Virus record (IMG/VR): IMGVR_UViG_3300011115_000316
Coordinates: 1-61,312 of that record
Length of the DNA: 61,312 nucleotides
Origin: a virus
Taxonomy: Duplodnaviria > Caudoviricetes
Reading direction: 5' to 3' (one strand)
Under the pieces are notes generated by a model. It was not told the DNA's origin. It saw only the letters and a list, made by a program, of their open reading frames with translations, and searched no databases. Of the stretch, positions 35,116-45,600 are shown piece after piece. How positions within the stretch are numbered: position 1 is the stretch's first letter; each line of letters starts with the position of its first letter. Position numbers and translations under genes: made by a program.

Positions 35116-37547
35116 TGGAAATCCTAGACAACAAGGCGGTGCTCATACGCACCCGCAACCCGGGCAAGTACACCGTCATACCCAAGAGCCGCATCGTTGA
35201 AGATCATGGCAACGGCGGCTACACGGTGGCGGTGTACTGGGGGCTCGATGAGATGCGGGTTCTCAAGAACCTCGGCGTCAAGAACACCCCGTCGCCTATC
35301 TCACGCAAGTACGACTGGCCCGGGCGCTACATCCCGATGACGCACCAGATCGAGACCGCATCGTTCCTCACCCTGCACAGGCGGGCGTTCTGTTTCAACG
35401 AACCCGGCACCGGCAAGACGCTCAGCGCACTGTGGGCGGCGGACTACCTGATGAAGCGCGGTGAGGTGCGCAGGGTGCTGATCCTGTGCCCTCTTTCAAT
35501 CATGCACGCTGCATGGGTAGGCGACATCAACAACAGCGTGATGCACCGCAGCACGGTGGTCGCACACCACAGCAGCGCTATGCGCCGTGTCGAGCTTGTT
35601 CAAGGTGACTACGAGCTAGTGATTGCCAACTATGAGGGGCTCAACCTGATCGCTGATGAGGTGAACAATGACGGGCGATTTGATCTGGTCATCGTCGATG
35701 AGTGCTTCGTGGCGGGCACGTTGGTGGCTACTCCACAAGGCAGACGGCCCATAGAACAACTGCAAGCCGGAGATACGGTCTTGACATCTGCTGGAGTAAT
35801 GGGTATAAACAGGCTTGTACGCAATACCGCTAAACAGATTGTTGAGGTCAAACTTGGAACTGGTAAAACAATCCGATGCACTCCAGAGCACCCATTCTTT
35901 ACTGACGCCGGTTGGGTGTGTGCCAAAAATCTTGCGGGAAGACGGCTTATATCTGGTGTTGAGTTGTCCTGTCTGCGGGCAAGAATATCGCCGCGAGCAT
36001 TCCCGGGTGCAGTGGGGTATGGCGAACAACCGACCCCTTGGGTTGACCTGCTCAAAATCTTGCGCACGGAAGAGGTGGCACTTACTGAACCCCAACAAGA
36101 GTTACTTCTGCAACATGCCGCCCGAGCACCGGGGCAAGCCCATCAAACCGAAGTCGGACGAACACAAAGCCAAGCTGTCGGCAGCGGCGAAAGCCAAGGG
36201 GCACAAACCGCAGGTACGGGGCGGCAATGGTACGGGGATGACGCCGATGGAGTGGTTGATTTCCGAGGTCTTACCTGTGGGTTGGGTATGGAACTTCCCC
36301 GTAGCGTTGGGAAAGAGGCAGCAAGGCTTTCCTACGAACTACAAGCTCGACTTCGCGTGGCCGCACCTCAAGATGGGGTTGGAAGTGGGTGGAAGCAGCC
36401 ACACGGCAACAGTGCGCCAGATGCAAGATCGGAAGAAGGAAGCCAAACTGGCGGAGCTCGGGTGGTCAGTGTTTCGCATCACGAACAAGGAAGTGCAGTC
36501 CCTGTCTACAACCTTGAAATTGAAGGCACACCTAACTACTTTGTTGGCGACCATTGGCTAGTGCATAACTGCAACGCGTACAAGAACCCCAGCACACAGC
36601 GCTGGAAGTCTCTGGCTAAGATCATCCGCCCGCACACCTACCTGTGGATGATGACGGGCACGCCGGCCTCACAGACGCCCGTGGATGCGTACGGCCTCGC
36701 CAAGTTGGTCAACCCATCGGGGGTACCGAAGTTTGCAACCGCATGGCGCGACAAGGTGATGAACAAGATCACCACGTTCAAGTGGGCACCCAAGCCCGAG
36801 TCCAAGCGGCTGGTGCACGAGGTGCTGCAGCCGGCCATACGTTTCACCAAAGCGCAGTGCCTTGACCTTCCTCCGGTTGTGACTGTTACGCGGGATGTGC
36901 CGCTGTCGCCACAGCAGGCCAAGTACTACAAGCTGCTCAAAGAACAGATGCTGTTCCAGACAGCCGGCGAGACGATCTCGGCGGTCAATGCGGGTGTCGC
37001 CGTCAGTAAGCTCCTGCAGATATCTGCCGGCGCTGCGTACACAGACGACAAAGAGACAGTGGAGTTCGACGCCGCACCGCGCATGAAGGTGCTGATGGAG
37101 ATCCTCGATGAGACTGACCGCAAGGTCATCATCTTCGCCATGTTCCGCTCCAGCATTACCACGATCACCGCGCACTTGACCAAGAACCACATCCCCAACG
37201 CACAGATTCATGGGGATGTGAACGCCACCAAGCGGGGGCAGATCATCAACGACTTTCAGAACACCGACGCCGTGCGCGTGCTGGTCATGCAGCCGCAAGC
37301 TACGGCACACGGGATCACGCTGACTGCCGCCGACACGGTTGTGTTCTATGGGCCGTTGATGAGCGTTGAGATGTACCTGCAGTGCATTGCGCGGGCTGAC
37401 CGCAAGGGGCAGAACTCTGATAAAGTGACCGTCGTGCACATCCAAAGCAGCCCAATTGAGGTGCGGATGTTCAAGGCAATGGCAGGCAAGGTTGGTGAGC
37501 ATGCGTTGCTTGTCGGGCTGTTCAACCAAGAGATTAAAAATAATTGA
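35112..37547 (+). CDS. SNF2-like helicase containing an intein
   Basis: EPGTGKT, VIVDE, MTGTP, HGITLT, QCIARADRKGQ. Confidence 0.9.
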   Translation: MMEILDNKAVLIRTRNPGKYTVIPKSRIVEDHGNGGYTVAVYWGLDEMRVLKNLGVKNTPSPISRKYDWPGRYIPMTHQIETASFLTLHRRAFCFNEPGTGKTLSALWAADYLMKRGEVRRVLILCPLSIMHAAWVGDINNSVMHRSTVVAHHSSAMRRVELVQGDYELVIANYEGLNLIADEVNNDGRFDLVIVDECFVAGTLVATPQGRRPIEQLQAGDTVLTSAGVMGINRLVRNTAKQIVEVKLGTGKTIRCTPEHPFFTDAGWVCAKNLAGRRLISGVELSCLRARISPRAFPGAVGYGEQPTPWVDLLKILRTEEVALTEPQQELLLQHAARAPGQAHQTEVGRTQSQAVGSGESQGAQTAGTGRQWYGDDADGVVDFRGLTCGLGMELPRSVGKEAARLSYELQARLRVAAPQDGVGSGWKQPHGNSAPDARSEEGSQTGGARVVSVSHHEQGSAVPVYNLEIEGTPNYFVGDHWLVHNCNAYKNPSTQRWKSLAKIIRPHTYLWMMTGTPASQTPVDAYGLAKLVNPSGVPKFATAWRDKVMNKITTFKWAPKPESKRLVHEVLQPAIRFTKAQCLDLPPVVTVTRDVPLSPQQAKYYKLLKEQMLFQTAGETISAVNAGVAVSKLLQISAGAAYTDDKETVEFDAAPRMKVLMEILDETDRKVIIFAMFRSSITTITAHLTKNHIPNAQIHGDVNATKRGQIINDFQNTDAVRVLVMQPQATAHGITLTAADTVVFYGPLMSVEMYLQCIARADRKGQNSDKVTVVHIQSSPIEVRMFKAMAGKVGEHALLVGLFNQEIKNN
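35703..36569 (+). mobile_element. Intein (289 aa) inserted in helicase Walker B (DE|C)
   Basis: CFVAGT start, TPEHPF block B, VYNLEI...NYF...LVHN end, Cys at +1. Confidence 0.93.
35815..36561 (+). CDS. Out-of-frame DUF559/Vsr-like endonuclease nested in the intein (start uncertain)
   Basis: CPVCG...CSKSC, SDEHKAKLS (NUMOD3-like), YKLDFA...LEVGGSSH...D.KK...L..LGW.V.R. Confidence 0.8.
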   Translation: MYAIPLNRLLRSNLELVKQSDALQSTHSLLTPVGCVPKILREDGLYLVLSCPVCGQEYRREHSRVQWGMANNRPLGLTCSKSCARKRWHLLNPNKSYFCNMPPEHRGKPIKPKSDEHKAKLSAAAKAKGHKPQVRGGNGTGMTPMEWLISEVLPVGWVWNFPVALGKRQQGFPTNYKLDFAWPHLKMGLEVGGSSHTATVRQMQDRKKEAKLAELGWSVFRITNKEVQSLSTTLKLKAHLTTLLATIG

Positions 37548-37628
37548 AAGGACTACTTCACAAAGCAAAACTAGGTGTATGATTGTCAAAGGTTTAACAA
37601 ACCTGACAGGTAATAACAGGAGAAATAA

Positions 37629-38045
37629 ATGACAGAAAACAATGAAGCGGTCACTATCCCGATGGATAAGTTGGCCCGGGTGTATCGCAAGATGCAGACA
37701 AAGATTCAGCAGTTGACCGCCGGTTATGAGACGGAAGTCGAAGTGCTGAAGGCGCAGCAGGAAGTTGTTAAGACTGCCTTGAAAGACCAGATGCTGGCAC
37801 TTGGCGTGAAGTCCGTCAACACGGCGGAGGGCACCGTCATCCTCTCAACGAAGACCCGCTACTCGACCCAAGACTGGGACGCGTTCAAGGAGTTCATGAA
37901 GGAGCATGACGCCCTCGATCTGTTGGAGAAGCGCATCGCGCAGACCAACATGGCTACCTTCCTGCAGGAAAATCCGACCCTCGTGCCGCCGGGTCTCAAC
38001 AGCAATAGCGAGTACGCAATCAGCGTGCGCAAACCAACCAAGTAA
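37629..38045 (+). CDS. Conserved replication-region protein
   Basis: AGGAG RBS; DWDAF...LLEKRI.Q...PPG. Confidence 0.75.
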   Translation: MTENNEAVTIPMDKLARVYRKMQTKIQQLTAGYETEVEVLKAQQEVVKTALKDQMLALGVKSVNTAEGTVILSTKTRYSTQDWDAFKEFMKEHDALDLLEKRIAQTNMATFLQENPTLVPPGLNSNSEYAISVRKPTK

Positions 38046-38059
38046 CCAAGGAAAATCAA

Positions 38060-39034
38060 ATGAGTAATGTCGCTCTCTTCAACCCCGGCCAAGTGCCGGC
38101 CTTCGCTCGCAAAGCCGAGTTGTCTGCTATGGCTAAATCCCTCGCGGGGGGCGGTGGCGGTGGGTTCCGCGTCAGCATCAAAGGCGGCGTGTTTCGTCTG
38201 GTCAACAACGGCAAGGAGATCACGGCTATCGATGACCGGCATCTGGACGTTGTGCTGGTCAAGGCGGCTCCTAAAGTGGCGCGGGTGTTCTACGCCAAAG
38301 CCTACGACTCCGAAAGCGTGTCGGGCCCAGACTGCTGGTCACCTGATGGCGACAAGCCAAGCGACGATGCTGCCAACAAGCAATCTTCGCGCTGCTCCGA
38401 GTGCCCCAAGAACATCGCGGGCTCCGGCCAAGGCAACAGTCGTGCGTGCCGTTACCAGCAGCGTCTGGCTGTGGTGCTCGAGACTGATATGAAAGGTAAC
38501 GTGATGCAGTTGGCGCTGCCGGCTACGTCCATCTTCGGCAAAGCAGACGGGGACAACCGCCCGTTGCAGGAATACGCCCGCTGGTTGGTCGCGCAGAACA
38601 TCAACCCCGAGGCTGTTGTCACCCGCATGCGGTTTGATACCCAGTCGGAGAGCCCCAAGCTGTTCTTCAAGGCGCAGCGCTGGCTGACTGATTCTGAGTA
38701 CGACGACATCATTGAGCAGGCGGAGTCTGATGCCGCGCTCAAGGCCATCACGATGACCGTGGCGAAGATGGACAACGTAGTGTCGAAGCCCCTCGAGTTG
38801 ATGGGCAAGCCCCCCACACGCACCAAGCCGGCCCCACCGCCTGTGGCAGAAGAGGAAGAAGAGGCTCCGCCCCCACCGCCTCCCAAGCCCCCCAAGAAGT
38901 CTAAGCCTGCCCCCGCACCAGTAGCGGAAGAAGAGCCGGAAGAGCCTGTGGTGCGCCAAGAAGCCCCCAAGAAACCCACGGCTCCGGCCAAGAGTGCGTT
39001 GGCCGACATGGTCCGCGACTGGGACGACGAGTAA
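38060..39034 (+). CDS. Putative single-stranded DNA-binding protein
   Basis: PDCWS.DG...C..CP.N..GS...CR; Pro/Glu linker; acidic WDDE tail. Confidence 0.65.
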   Translation: MSNVALFNPGQVPAFARKAELSAMAKSLAGGGGGGFRVSIKGGVFRLVNNGKEITAIDDRHLDVVLVKAAPKVARVFYAKAYDSESVSGPDCWSPDGDKPSDDAANKQSSRCSECPKNIAGSGQGNSRACRYQQRLAVVLETDMKGNVMQLALPATSIFGKADGDNRPLQEYARWLVAQNINPEAVVTRMRFDTQSESPKLFFKAQRWLTDSEYDDIIEQAESDAALKAITMTVAKMDNVVSKPLELMGKPPTRTKPAPPPVAEEEEEAPPPPPPKPPKKSKPAPAPVAEEEPEEPVVRQEAPKKPTAPAKSALADMVRDWDDE

Positions 39035-39039
39035 GGGCT

Positions 39040-39066
39040 AGGGGCAGCCACGCGCTGCCTCTTTTT
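39040..39066 (+). terminator. Rho-independent terminator
   Basis: AGGGGCAGC/GCTGCCTCT stem plus T run. Confidence 0.65.
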
Positions 39067-39068
39067 CT

Positions 39069-39347
39069 ATGGCCTACCAACCGCACCTCATTGCGCTGAT
39101 CAAGGCGCAGCCCCTGACCCTTGGCCCCCGCCTCGGGCGCTGGGCTGTGTTCCTTGACTTGCCCGCCGTCAAGATCGCGTTAGCGACTGGCGCTACCCGC
39201 CAATCCGTTTACAACTGGATGAAAGGCGGCGAAGTATTCGTTGCGTACCGCCCTGCGGTTACGCGTGTCATTGAATGTATGCAGTCGTCCAAGACTGCTG
39301 AAGAAGCGTGGGGGAAGATATGCAAGGAATTCGACCTGAGAACTTGA
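39069..39347 (+). CDS. Cro-like HTH protein
   Basis: IALATGATRQSVYNW. Confidence 0.75.
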   Translation: MAYQPHLIALIKAQPLTLGPRLGRWAVFLDLPAVKIALATGATRQSVYNWMKGGEVFVAYRPAVTRVIECMQSSKTAEEAWGKICKEFDLRT

Positions 39348-39460
39348 GTCTTGAGGAGCTTGTGCGGTACGCATGGCTGACCGGCCCCGCACAGCTTACG
39401 CCCGAATGGGTTGCGGAGTTGATCACGCGCCTAGAGCAAACGCTCGACGACCTGAAATAA
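39320..39460 (+). CDS. Small hypothetical protein (46 aa)
   Basis: MQGIRPENLSLEELVRYA...; fills the gap before the primase. Confidence 0.55.
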   Translation: MQGIRPENLSLEELVRYAWLTGPAQLTPEWVAELITRLEQTLDDLK

Positions 39461-39473
39461 CCCAAGGAACGCA

Positions 39474-42400
39474 ATGAAACCGCTTGAGTTTCTAGCGGAT
39501 GTTCTGCCGTCTCCGGGTCACGGGTGGTACTGTGCGGCGGAACTAAGCTCGTCAAAAAAAGAGCACGTGTTTATTGACGGTGTCGCGGCGGTTAAGCCCA
39601 CGATCAAGCGCTGGCTTGAACGAAAGCGCGATATCTATTTTGCACTGGCAACATTCAAAGACAACATGGGGGGCCGCAAGGCTGCCAACGCGGCCTACAT
39701 CAAGGCCATCTTCATCGACATGGACGGCTACGCATCCAAGAAGGCCGCAGCGCTGGCGCTGGCGGAGTTTCTGGAGAAGACGGGACTGGACGAGTTCGGC
39801 ACGCCGCACCTCGTCGGCTCCGGTGGGGGGCTGCACTGCTACTGGGTGCTGACCGCACCCGTGGACATCGCGACATGGAAGCCAATAGCGGAGAACTTCA
39901 AACGCCTGTGCAAGCAGGAGGGCCTGACCATTGACCAGACGGTCACCGCCGACGCCGCACGGATGCTGCGCATACCCAACACGTTCAACTTCAAGGCTAA
40001 GTATCCCGCGCCCCGTCCGGTGCAGTTCCTCGCGCAGGGCAGCGGGCCCATCGATCTGAAGCGCTTGGGTGCGACAGTGCGGGGGATGTTGACAGAGGCG
40101 TTTGCGCCGGTCAGCAATGCGTTCGTGGCAACCAGTGTAGATCTGCCCGGAACCCGTCCCAGCAAAGCACGTACGGCAAAGTCCGCAGCAGCAGAAGCCA
40201 TGATGAGCAACAGCGTCACGCGCTTCGAGCCCATCTGGATGAAGTCCGAAAAGAGTATGGGCTGCGGGCAGCTTGAGTTCTACATGAAGAACGCTGAGCA
40301 AGACGGTATGGAGCCGCTGTGGCGCGGGCTGCTGTCGTGGACTAAGGTGTGCGAAGACGGGCTGGAGCACTCCACCAAGCTGACCGCACTGCACCCGTAC
40401 ACCATTGACCGCATGCACCAGAAGCTGTCCGAGATCAAGGGGCCCTATCCCTGCATCAAGATGGACAGCGAGAACCCGGGCGTGTGCCCTAAGTGTCCGC
40501 ACTGGGGCCAGATCACCAACGCGCTGGCGCTGGGCCGGGAGGTACGCACCGACAACCGGGAGAAGGAGATCGAGATCCCGTTGCAAGCAGGCATCGACAC
40601 CACGGTAGACGTAGACGCGGAGTACCTGCAGGACGACCTGACAGAGGAGTCAGATGAGGCATCGACACCGCAGAACATCCGCACTAGGAAAGCAACGCGC
40701 CCAACCCCACCGCGCAACTTCAGCTACGGGGCGAACGGCGGCGTGTTCGTGGACATCAAGGAGAAGGACGCTACGGGCGTGGAGATCAAGACACAGGTGT
40801 CGGTACTACCGTACGACCTGTTCGTTGTTGACATGCTGCGTATGGATGAGAAGGAGCACTATGCCCACCTGATGGCAATCAAGAAGATAGGTCAGACTGG
40901 CGAGTCCAAGCTGACCGAGTACACCCCCGTCATCATGCCGAGCAAAGCGGCAGTATCAAAAGAGGAGCTAATCAAATGTCTAGCATCACACAACATCTAC
41001 GCAGCACGGGGAGCCGTCATGGACGGGCATCTCTATAACTACGTGCGGGCCTGCATCGAGGAGTCCGCGCTGTTGCGCAAGGCGGTGGACGTTCCTATTC
41101 AATTCGGCTGGCAGAAGGATCGCTCCTTCGTCTACAACAACCGCGTGTTCCGCCGCGACGGCACCGAGATCCCGGTGCCCATGCCCGGGCTGGAGAACAT
41201 CAACCGGGGCACCAACAGCAAGGGCACCATCGAGGGCTGGCGCAAGCCGTGGCAGTTGCTGATCGACAAGAAGATGGACACCATGCTGGCGCTCTGTCTG
41301 GATAGCTTCGGCTCGCCGCTCATGCAGTTCTCGGACTACGAGGGCTTTGTCTGGCACATCGGCTCAACGGGTTCTGGTACGGGCAAGTCACTCACGCTCA
41401 GTTTGAAGGCCGGCGTCTGGGGGCACCCCATCCGCTACCGCACAGGCAAGGGAACATCGCCGGTTGCCATGCAGCAACGTGCTGGACTGCTCAACAGCAT
41501 GCCGCTCCTGATCGATGAGATCACTACCAAGACCCGCAACGATACGGAGTGGGCTCCAGCGTTCATCTTCGACATCTCTGAGGGGCAAGGCAAGGAGCGC
41601 ATGGAGTCGGGTACGAACAAGGAGCGCATCAACAACAGCACGTGGGCGCTGACCTGTACGCTGACCTCCAACACCCACATGACCGACATCCTGACGGGGG
41701 CCCGCAAGCACTCCTCGCACGGCGAGATGATGCGTATGCTGGAGTGGACGCCCTCCAAGGAACTGGAGTTCAGCGAGCGTGAGCGCTTGACGCTCAAGGA
41801 ACTGCGCCGGAACTACGGTGTGGCCGGCGAGGCGTGGGTGCGGTGGTTGGTGCAGAACCAAGACATCGCCCGTACGGTATGGCTGCGCACCCACGAGGAG
41901 CTACGTGTAATGCTTGGCTTCACAGATGAAGAGCGCTACTGGCATGCGGCCTGTACGTCAACGGTGGCGGCGGGCATCCTGATCGGCACCAGCTACGCCG
42001 GCCTGATGGACATCCCGCTCAAGCCCGTGATCAAGGCGCTCAAGGCGCTGGTGGTGGACGCCCGGGTAGCACACGTGAAGTCAGCCCGCAGTGCCGAGGA
42101 TGTGCTCAACACCTTTACCCGGGAGTTCTATGGCAGGTTTGTGGTCGTGCGCAAAGACGCCCACAACAAACTGTTGGCTGAGATGGGGCGCGATGTGACT
42201 GGCAAGACCAGCACGCGCAACACGGTGATGGCCCGTATTGAGCACGGTACGCGTCACGCGGGGTTTGTCGAGTACTTCGTGGAGGAGCAGATACTCAAGC
42301 AGCACTGCGCGTCGATGAGCTTTGGGTTCTCAGACTTCCGCCGGCAGCTTGGGGCTATGTCGGAGGAGGGGTACAACGTGCGCTTCGGCGTCAAGAAGGA

Positions 42401-42512
42401 TATGCTGGCGTACACTGACGGCCCGTCACTCAGGGTAAATGTGATGCACATCAGCATCCCGAAAGACCGCTACGATGGTATGGAAGATAGTCTTCCCTTG
42501 GGAGAAGCTTGA
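39474..42512 (+). CDS. Primase-helicase (AEP-type primase, DUF927-like region, P-loop ATPase)
   Basis: FIDMD, SGGGLHCYW, RMLRIP, C..CPH, GSGTGKS, LIDE. Confidence 0.85.
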   Translation: MKPLEFLADVLPSPGHGWYCAAELSSSKKEHVFIDGVAAVKPTIKRWLERKRDIYFALATFKDNMGGRKAANAAYIKAIFIDMDGYASKKAAALALAEFLEKTGLDEFGTPHLVGSGGGLHCYWVLTAPVDIATWKPIAENFKRLCKQEGLTIDQTVTADAARMLRIPNTFNFKAKYPAPRPVQFLAQGSGPIDLKRLGATVRGMLTEAFAPVSNAFVATSVDLPGTRPSKARTAKSAAAEAMMSNSVTRFEPIWMKSEKSMGCGQLEFYMKNAEQDGMEPLWRGLLSWTKVCEDGLEHSTKLTALHPYTIDRMHQKLSEIKGPYPCIKMDSENPGVCPKCPHWGQITNALALGREVRTDNREKEIEIPLQAGIDTTVDVDAEYLQDDLTEESDEASTPQNIRTRKATRPTPPRNFSYGANGGVFVDIKEKDATGVEIKTQVSVLPYDLFVVDMLRMDEKEHYAHLMAIKKIGQTGESKLTEYTPVIMPSKAAVSKEELIKCLASHNIYAARGAVMDGHLYNYVRACIEESALLRKAVDVPIQFGWQKDRSFVYNNRVFRRDGTEIPVPMPGLENINRGTNSKGTIEGWRKPWQLLIDKKMDTMLALCLDSFGSPLMQFSDYEGFVWHIGSTGSGTGKSLTLSLKAGVWGHPIRYRTGKGTSPVAMQQRAGLLNSMPLLIDEITTKTRNDTEWAPAFIFDISEGQGKERMESGTNKERINNSTWALTCTLTSNTHMTDILTGARKHSSHGEMMRMLEWTPSKELEFSERERLTLKELRRNYGVAGEAWVRWLVQNQDIARTVWLRTHEELRVMLGFTDEERYWHAACTSTVAAGILIGTSYAGLMDIPLKPVIKALKALVVDARVAHVKSARSAEDVLNTFTREFYGRFVVVRKDAHNKLLAEMGRDVTGKTSTRNTVMARIEHGTRHAGFVEYFVEEQILKQHCASMSFGFSDFRRQLGAMSEEGYNVRFGVKKDMLAYTDGPSLRVNVMHISIPKDRYDGMEDSLPLGEA

Positions 42513-42663
42513 ACCGGGGCAGGGGTTCTTTGTCCCCTGCCTCGACGCCACCCCGGTCATTGAGGCGGGGCTGCGTGACGCGCTCTCCTACCGCATAAGG
42601 GCTACGGCCACCCCGGGCATTCGGGGTGGCTTGATCGGCGTCTGGTTCAGTCGATTGACTTAG
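42475..42663 (+). CDS. Hypothetical protein
   Basis: FPW..LE.GQGFFVP...GVWF.R; converges on the late arm. Confidence 0.6.
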   Translation: MVWKIVFPWEKLEPGQGFFVPCLDATPVIEAGLRDALSYRIRATATPGIRGGLIGVWFSRLT

Positions 42664-45600
42664 CCTCGTCCGTTGCTTTGCGCACCATCTCCGCAAGGCG
42701 GATCTTCATCTGGCGGGTCTCATCCAGCTTGGCCCGCTTCTCATCGCCGGTAAGGTTCGACGCCCGGATGGCGTTCTCAAACTTGGTGATCTGCTGCATG
42801 TTCGATGTGAAGTAGTCCGCCACGCCCGACTGTGCAAACTCTTCGGCGCGTTTGCTGACAAGCTCCTTGGCTTCGGCAACCCGCCCTTCAGACAGCATGC
42901 GGTCAACGGTGGTCTTGACTTTCTTGATATCGTCCATGCGCTCATACACAGCGTTGATGATGCCGCCGGCATCGTTGGGCTGGAACGAACTGCCGATCAC
43001 CGGCATGTCCGACAAACGCTTCGTGGTCTTCTCTGGCGACTCCCCGGTAGGCACACCCGTACTGAGCGTCTGCATGAGTGCCAGACCCATCGTGCCGGTG
43101 TAGCCGCTTACCAGCGCCTCGATCTTGATTGGCGACAGCCCGAGCCCGGAGCCCATCATCTTACTAATCTCACTGCTGCCCTCGCGGAACTGCTGCTCGG
43201 GCAGCACCGCTTGCTCCCGGCGAGACAGCGTGTCCCGTCCGGTGTAGAACGACTTGCCCATCCCGTACTCAATGGCTGGCTTGAGCGCTTGCGGAATGAA
43301 GTAAGAGGAGCCGCCGGGAACCGTTTGCAGCACGATTGTCTTGAGCGCCTTGAACGCCTCTTCCGACCCATGCTCATTTGCCAGCGAGTTGTAGATTGCT
43401 TCAGGCAGCGCCTTAAACAAGTAACCCACCTCAAATGGAATTGGAACCTTGATGGGCTCATCAATACCGGAAATGCGTATGAACCAGTTCCCGTACTTCT
43501 GCTCTGGCGTGGCGTTCTTGTAGGCCTCGTCATCCTGCATCATGGCAGCGTACGCCAAGGACGCACCAAACATAAGCGCACCGCGAGTGATCAGCTTCTC
43601 CTGAATCTTCAGGCGTTTGTCAAACGGCAGCTTGCCTGTCAACGCCTTGTACAGCACGTTCAGACCTTGAATCTGCGAGTTGAAGAACGGGATCAACGCG
43701 TTCGCCATGTGGATGCTAGGTGACGCACCGCGCTTGTTGAAGTTCATGGACTCCAACGCCATCAGCGTAGCCTCCATCTCCGACAACCCCTGCTTGATGT
43801 AGCTGTTGTACTGTGCGCGGCGGGTGGCAGCATCGGCTTCCATGTTGAGCGCTTCGGCCTTTGCGATCAGCGATCCGAGGTTGCCCTTGCCCGACAACAT
43901 GTCGTTCAAGATCTTGGTCATGGCCTCGCTGCTGCTGCTGCCTGCAAAAACTTGCCCGCCTGTGATGCCACGCTTCTCCAGCGTAGACTTGGTAGCAGAC
44001 TTGCCAAGTTCTTTCAGCGCACCGAGAACCGGGGCAATGTCCGCGCCCGACAAGAGCGTAGCGGCAATCGAGTCTCGGAATAACTGGCGTGCGGCATACG
44101 TGGGGCTGAGCGTCACGGCGCGGCGAAGGAATGTAGCCGGCATCCCCAGCGCCCGGACAAGTGCGGGAAGCTGGGTCGGAATACCCTGCATGCCCTTGAC
44201 CAGAAGATCTGCGGGAATGCCGGTCTTCGCATCTGTATCGACAATGGCGTGGTAATCCAAACCATCGACTTTGAACCGCACAATCTTTGGCTTCGCCGTA
44301 CCGGGCCCTTGCCGAATCTGCGCCAACCCCATGTCCTCAAGCTCGTTCATGGAGTTCTTGGTTGCCAGATTGCGCAACCCCATGTCTGTGATCAGCGCAG
44401 TGTTCTGCACTGAGCTTGTCAGGAAGTCCAGAATTGGACGGTCGCCGCCAACCAACTCGTGCAGGTACGGCTGATCGGCAACGCTGCCAATCCGAATGGG
44501 TGACTCGCCGCCGATGAGGAGTTCCGCTACGCCGCCCTTTTCCCGATAGAAGGGAATGTAGTCATTCTCTTTGGTCAGCCGTGCTGCGTGCTCTTTCGAT
44601 ATGGCCCCCGACTGCGCGAGGAAGCCGACCATGTTGCGGTTGTACTCGTTGTACACCTCACGGGCCTGCTTGAAGTTCTCCTCCAGCCCGGGCGTAGCGC
44701 GGATGCGTGCCATAGTGATGTCAAGCTGCGCCTCTGTCAGCTTATCACCAAAGTGCAGCGTATCGAAGCCTTTGTTCTTGGCACGGATACCAGCCAGATA
44801 CATTGTGAACAAGCGGTTGGCCGCAGCAGGGCTGCCAGCAGGGGCTTTCTTCAGGATGTCCACAACCTGTTTGATGTTGGCTCCGTCAACGCTCTCGACA
44901 ACATACTCTGTGCGCCCGTCTTTGCGCTGTATGGCAATCCGCTGAAGCGCCCCATTGGCAACCGACTGCGCGGTGTAGTTCATCCGTTGGTCGTACATGC
45001 GCAGGTCGTACATCATCTGCGAGCCCTTGAGCGATTCCATCCCCTTGGATATCCGATCAAGCGGTGCGAACCGGTCTACCGACTGCGTCTCAAGGCCAAG
45101 GAAACCACCCGCCGCTGCGCGAATCCTGTCGAGGGCACCGCGATCCTTGGCTACAACCTTGTCAACAATTGCCCCCGCTTCGGCAAGCCCCGGGTTAGCG
45201 TACTTTACGTCTTTGGGGCCGAGCAGGGAGCCTACTGACCTGAGTTTGGACTTCTCTACCGAAGGGGCGTTTTCTGCTTTTGCCGCGATGAATTTTTCAG
45301 CCAAGTCTAAAAAACGGTCAAGCATCGGGCCTTGCGGTGGGGTTTTTACCCCCACAAAGCGAAGTACGGCATCGATAAACCGACGCCACATGCTGCGCCC
45401 GTCCCACGTGTCTTCGCGCATGTGCGCTTGCACCGCCCGACTGCCCAGACCTTCAGCTAAAAATTCGTGAAGGTCGCCGTCATTGATGACCGCATTGTCA
45501 AAGGACTCGTCTGCCTTCACGCGCTCCATCATGCGGGTCAGTTCCGCTTTTGCCTTGCGTTGATCCGGGGTGAGTTCGCTGTCTGGCTTCTCTAGCTCAA

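Noticed and set aside
37557-37583. Promoter TTCACA...TATGAT before 37629
   Set aside because: Spacer is only 15 bp with no extended -10; plausible but unsupported
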